From positions 115,185 through 132,582 of the forward strand of contig JAHPZJ010000014.1 of assembly GCA_019058245.1 (NCBI GenBank): a DNA stretch of 17,398 bases, read 5' to 3'. Positions 15,109-17,398 of the stretch are shown here, piece by piece. Source of the stretch: Promethearchaeota archaeon (GTDB taxonomy: Archaea > Asgardarchaeota > Lokiarchaeia > Sigyniarchaeales > SOKP01). Made by a program: the position numbers and the translations under genes. Numbering within the stretch: position 1 is the first letter of the stretch; every line of letters starts with the position of its first letter. The notes below the pieces were generated by a model. The model ran no database searches and was not told the DNA's origin. It saw only the letters and a program-made list of their open reading frames with translations.

Positions 15109-17398
15109 ATGACAAAATTCATAAAAAGAAATTTAATAACTTTTTTTCTTGTGACCGTTCTTTTTGGAATAACTCTGATGAATTCTTTTTTCATCTTTAG
15201 AGCTGAAAATTTACCAAATCGAAATGAATACAGAGAGCAAATTAAAGTTTTACCTAAAAGTAGTGCACAGTCGATATCACCCACATTACTTGGCAAGTTT
15301 AGTGATATTTCTGATGAATCTCAAGATGTATATATTTCCGGTAATATTGCATATGTAGCTGATGGGAGTGATGGACTAAAAATTATTAATGTAAGTGATC
15401 CTGCCCATCCCGTATTGCTGGGCAGGTTTGGCGATTCTTACAATAACTCTTTGGGTATATATGTTTCTGGTAATGTCGCATATATAGCTGATTGGACTGA
15501 TGGACTGGAAATTATTGATGTAAGCGATCCTACTAATCCTACATTGCTGGGTAAGTACGGCGATTATTGCAATTATTCTAGCAGTGTATATGTTTCTGGT
15601 AATATTGCATATGTAGCTGATGGGATGGATGGACTGGAAATGATTGATATAAGCGATCCTGCTCACCCTGCATCGCTGGGCAAATATATAACTACTAATG
15701 ATTCTTTGGATGTATATATTTCCGGAACTATTGCATATGTAGCTATTTGGTTTTACGGGCTGGAAATTATTGATGTAAGTGACCCTATTCACCCCGCATT
15801 ACTGGGTAGTTATCACGATTCTTTGGATAATTCTAGTGGTGTATATATTTCCGATAATATTGCATATGTAGCTGATAGGGAGGATGGACTGGAAATAATT
15901 GATGTGAGTGACTCCGCTCACCCCACCTTGCTAAGTAAATATGGCGATTCTTACAATAATTCTCAGCACGTATATGTTTTTGGCAATGTAGCATATGTAG
16001 CTGATGGGGCTGATGGATTGGAAATTATTGATGTGAGCGATCCTGCTCACCCCGCATCACTGGGTAGTTATCACGATTCTTTGGATAGTTCTAATGGTGT
16101 AATTATTTCCGGTAATACTGTATATGTAACTGATGGGACTGATGGACTGGAAATTATTGATATCGGTTTAGTAAGTGGGCAATGGTTAACGCCATCATTA
16201 TTAGGTAAATATGGAGATTATGACAATTTATCTTACGATGTCTATGTTTTTGGTAATGTTGCATATGTAGCTGATGGGTGGAATGGACTGGAAATTATTA
16301 ATGTAAGTGACCCTTCTCATCCTGTGTTGTTGGGCAGGTATGGTGATTCTACCAATAACTCTTACAGTGTATATGTTTCCGATAATATTGCATATGTAGC
16401 TGATAAGGAGGATGGACTGGAAATTATTGATGTAAGCGATCCTATTCAACCAGCGTCGTTGGGCAAGTTTGGCGATTCTTACAATAATTCTGGAGATCTA
16501 TATGTTTCCGGTAATATTGCATATGTAGCTGATGGGAATGATGGACTGGAAATTATTGATGTGAGTGACCCCACTAACCCTACATTAGTGGGTAAGTATG
16601 GTGATTCTTCCAATAATTCTGTAGATGTATATATTTCCGGTACTATTGCATATGTAGCTGATGTGTGGGATGGACTGGAAATTATTGATGTAAGTGACCC
16701 TATTCACCCCACATTGCTGGGTAGGTATGGCGATTCTTACAATAATTCTGACAGTGTATATATTTCCGGTACTATCGCATATGTAGCTGGTGGGATTGAT
16801 GGATTGGAAATTATTGATGTAAGCGATCCTGCTAATCCCGCGTTGTTGGGCAGGTATGGCGATTATTGCAATCAATCTTATGACGTATATGTTTCCGGTA
16901 CTATCGCATATGTAGCTGATTGGATTGATGGATTGGAAATTATTGATGTAAGCGATCCTATTCACCCAGCGTCGTTGGGCAAGTTTGGCGATTCTTCCAA
17001 TTTTTCTTGCGGCGTATATGTTTCCGGTAATATCGCCTATGTAGCTGATCAGATTAATGGACTGGAAATAATTGATCCTGGGGTAGATAACGATGATGAT
17101 GATCTAACAAATGTTCAAGAGATGTATTTTTATTTTACAAATCTAAATAATCCAGACACGGATTATGATAATATGCCTGATGGTTGGGAACTATCTAATA
17201 GTTTAAATCCTCTTGTAGATGATGCGATGGATGATCCTGATTTTGATGAACTAAAAAATCTTTATGAATATTTAAGTGGGACAAAACCTCAAATTAATGA
17301 TACTGAATCTGATAATATGCCTGACGGTTGGGAAGTCTTTCATGGATTAGATCCATTATCAGATGATACCAATAGTGATCATGATAAAGATGGACTTT
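15109..17398 (+). CDS. Secreted/surface protein with 14 LVIVD repeats (two 7-bladed beta-propellers) followed by Asp-rich Ca-binding TSP3-like repeats; 3' end outside the window
   Basis: ATG 15109; MTKFIKRNLITFFLVTVLFGITLMNSFFIF (signal/TM); open to the window end. Repeats S-x-x-VYVSGNIAYVADxxDGLEIIDVSDPxxPxLLG, then DNDDDDLTN..E, DTDYDNMPDGWE, DPDFDELKN..E, DTESDNMPDGWE, DHDKDGL. Missing from the ORF track. Confidence 0.93.
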   Translation, partial: MTKFIKRNLITFFLVTVLFGITLMNSFFIFRAENLPNRNEYREQIKVLPKSSAQSISPTLLGKFSDISDESQDVYISGNIAYVADGSDGLKIINVSDPAHPVLLGRFGDSYNNSLGIYVSGNVAYIADWTDGLEIIDVSDPTNPTLLGKYGDYCNYSSSVYVSGNIAYVADGMDGLEMIDISDPAHPASLGKYITTNDSLDVYISGTIAYVAIWFYGLEIIDVSDPIHPALLGSYHDSLDNSSGVYISDNIAYVADREDGLEIIDVSDSAHPTLLSKYGDSYNNSQHVYVFGNVAYVADGADGLEIIDVSDPAHPASLGSYHDSLDSSNGVIISGNTVYVTDGTDGLEIIDIGLVSGQWLTPSLLGKYGDYDNLSYDVYVFGNVAYVADGWNGLEIINVSDPSHPVLLGRYGDSTNNSYSVYVSDNIAYVADKEDGLEIIDVSDPIQPASLGKFGDSYNNSGDLYVSGNIAYVADGNDGLEIIDVSDPTNPTLVGKYGDSSNNSVDVYISGTIAYVADVWDGLEIIDVSDPIHPTLLGRYGDSYNNSDSVYISGTIAYVAGGIDGLEIIDVSDPANPALLGRYGDYCNQSYDVYVSGTIAYVADWIDGLEIIDVSDPIHPASLGKFGDSSNFSCGVYVSGNIAYVADQINGLEIIDPGVDNDDDDLTNVQEMYFYFTNLNNPDTDYDNMPDGWELSNSLNPLVDDAMDDPDFDELKNLYEYLSGTKPQINDTESDNMPDGWEVFHGLDPLSDDTNSDHDKDGL
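15280..17076 (+). repeat. Tandem coding repeat array, ~129-nt (43-aa) unit, 14 copies
   Basis: The (g/a)tagct codons of the (V/I)A motif recur at 15355, 15484, 15613, 15739, 15868 and onward (129-nt period, one 126-nt unit). Confidence 0.92.

Noticed and set aside
15105-15296. 63-aa minus-strand ORF
   Set aside because: Antisense to the signal-peptide region of the LVIVD gene.
15376-16965. Minus-strand ORFs 15376-15792, 16228-16449 and 16585-16965 with repeated 'RIAYINNFQSI'
   Set aside because: Antisense shadows of the plus-strand LVIVD repeat gene; their periodicity simply mirrors it.
15280-17076. Repeat array as a CRISPR array or DGR template/variable repeat
   Set aside because: The units are in-frame 129-nt coding repeats without unique spacers. 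No cas or reverse transcriptase gene is in the window, and differences are not confined to adenines.

Overview
AT-rich window that is most likely from an Asgard archaeon of the Lokiarchaeia type. This is inferred from the Rag-like small GTPase, a longin/uDENN-like domain, an LRR protein, MfnB and archaeal-style promoters. From left to right it holds: the 3' end of an LRR protein gene; a GH57 glycoside hydrolase; a minus-strand signalling cluster (PAS-GAF-PAS HisKA_2 kinase, REC-ArsR response regulator, stand-alone ArsR); a divergent seven-gene redox operon (two split-barrel flavoproteins, ferredoxin, CCG/HdrD-like Fe-S protein, MfnB, ferredoxin, W/Mo aldehyde:ferredoxin oxidoreductase); a ~9-TM membrane histidine kinase divergent from a REC-longin response regulator and a Rag-like GTPase; an orphan copy of the GH57 3' end; and the start of a secreted 14-blade LVIVD beta-propeller protein that the ORF track missed. 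The most striking candidate system is the kinase / REC-longin / Rag-like GTPase module. The regulator's output domain carries a Folliculin/SMCR8-type 'GP...D-x-x-x-RG' signature with a putative arginine finger (R236). A 27/29-nt direct repeat lies upstream of both the regulator and the GTPase. Together these suggest a two-component-controlled GAP switch on a eukaryote-like GTPase. The ~12.6 kb block between the two GH57 3' ends looks like an inserted island. No searches were run; all family calls come from motif recognition.
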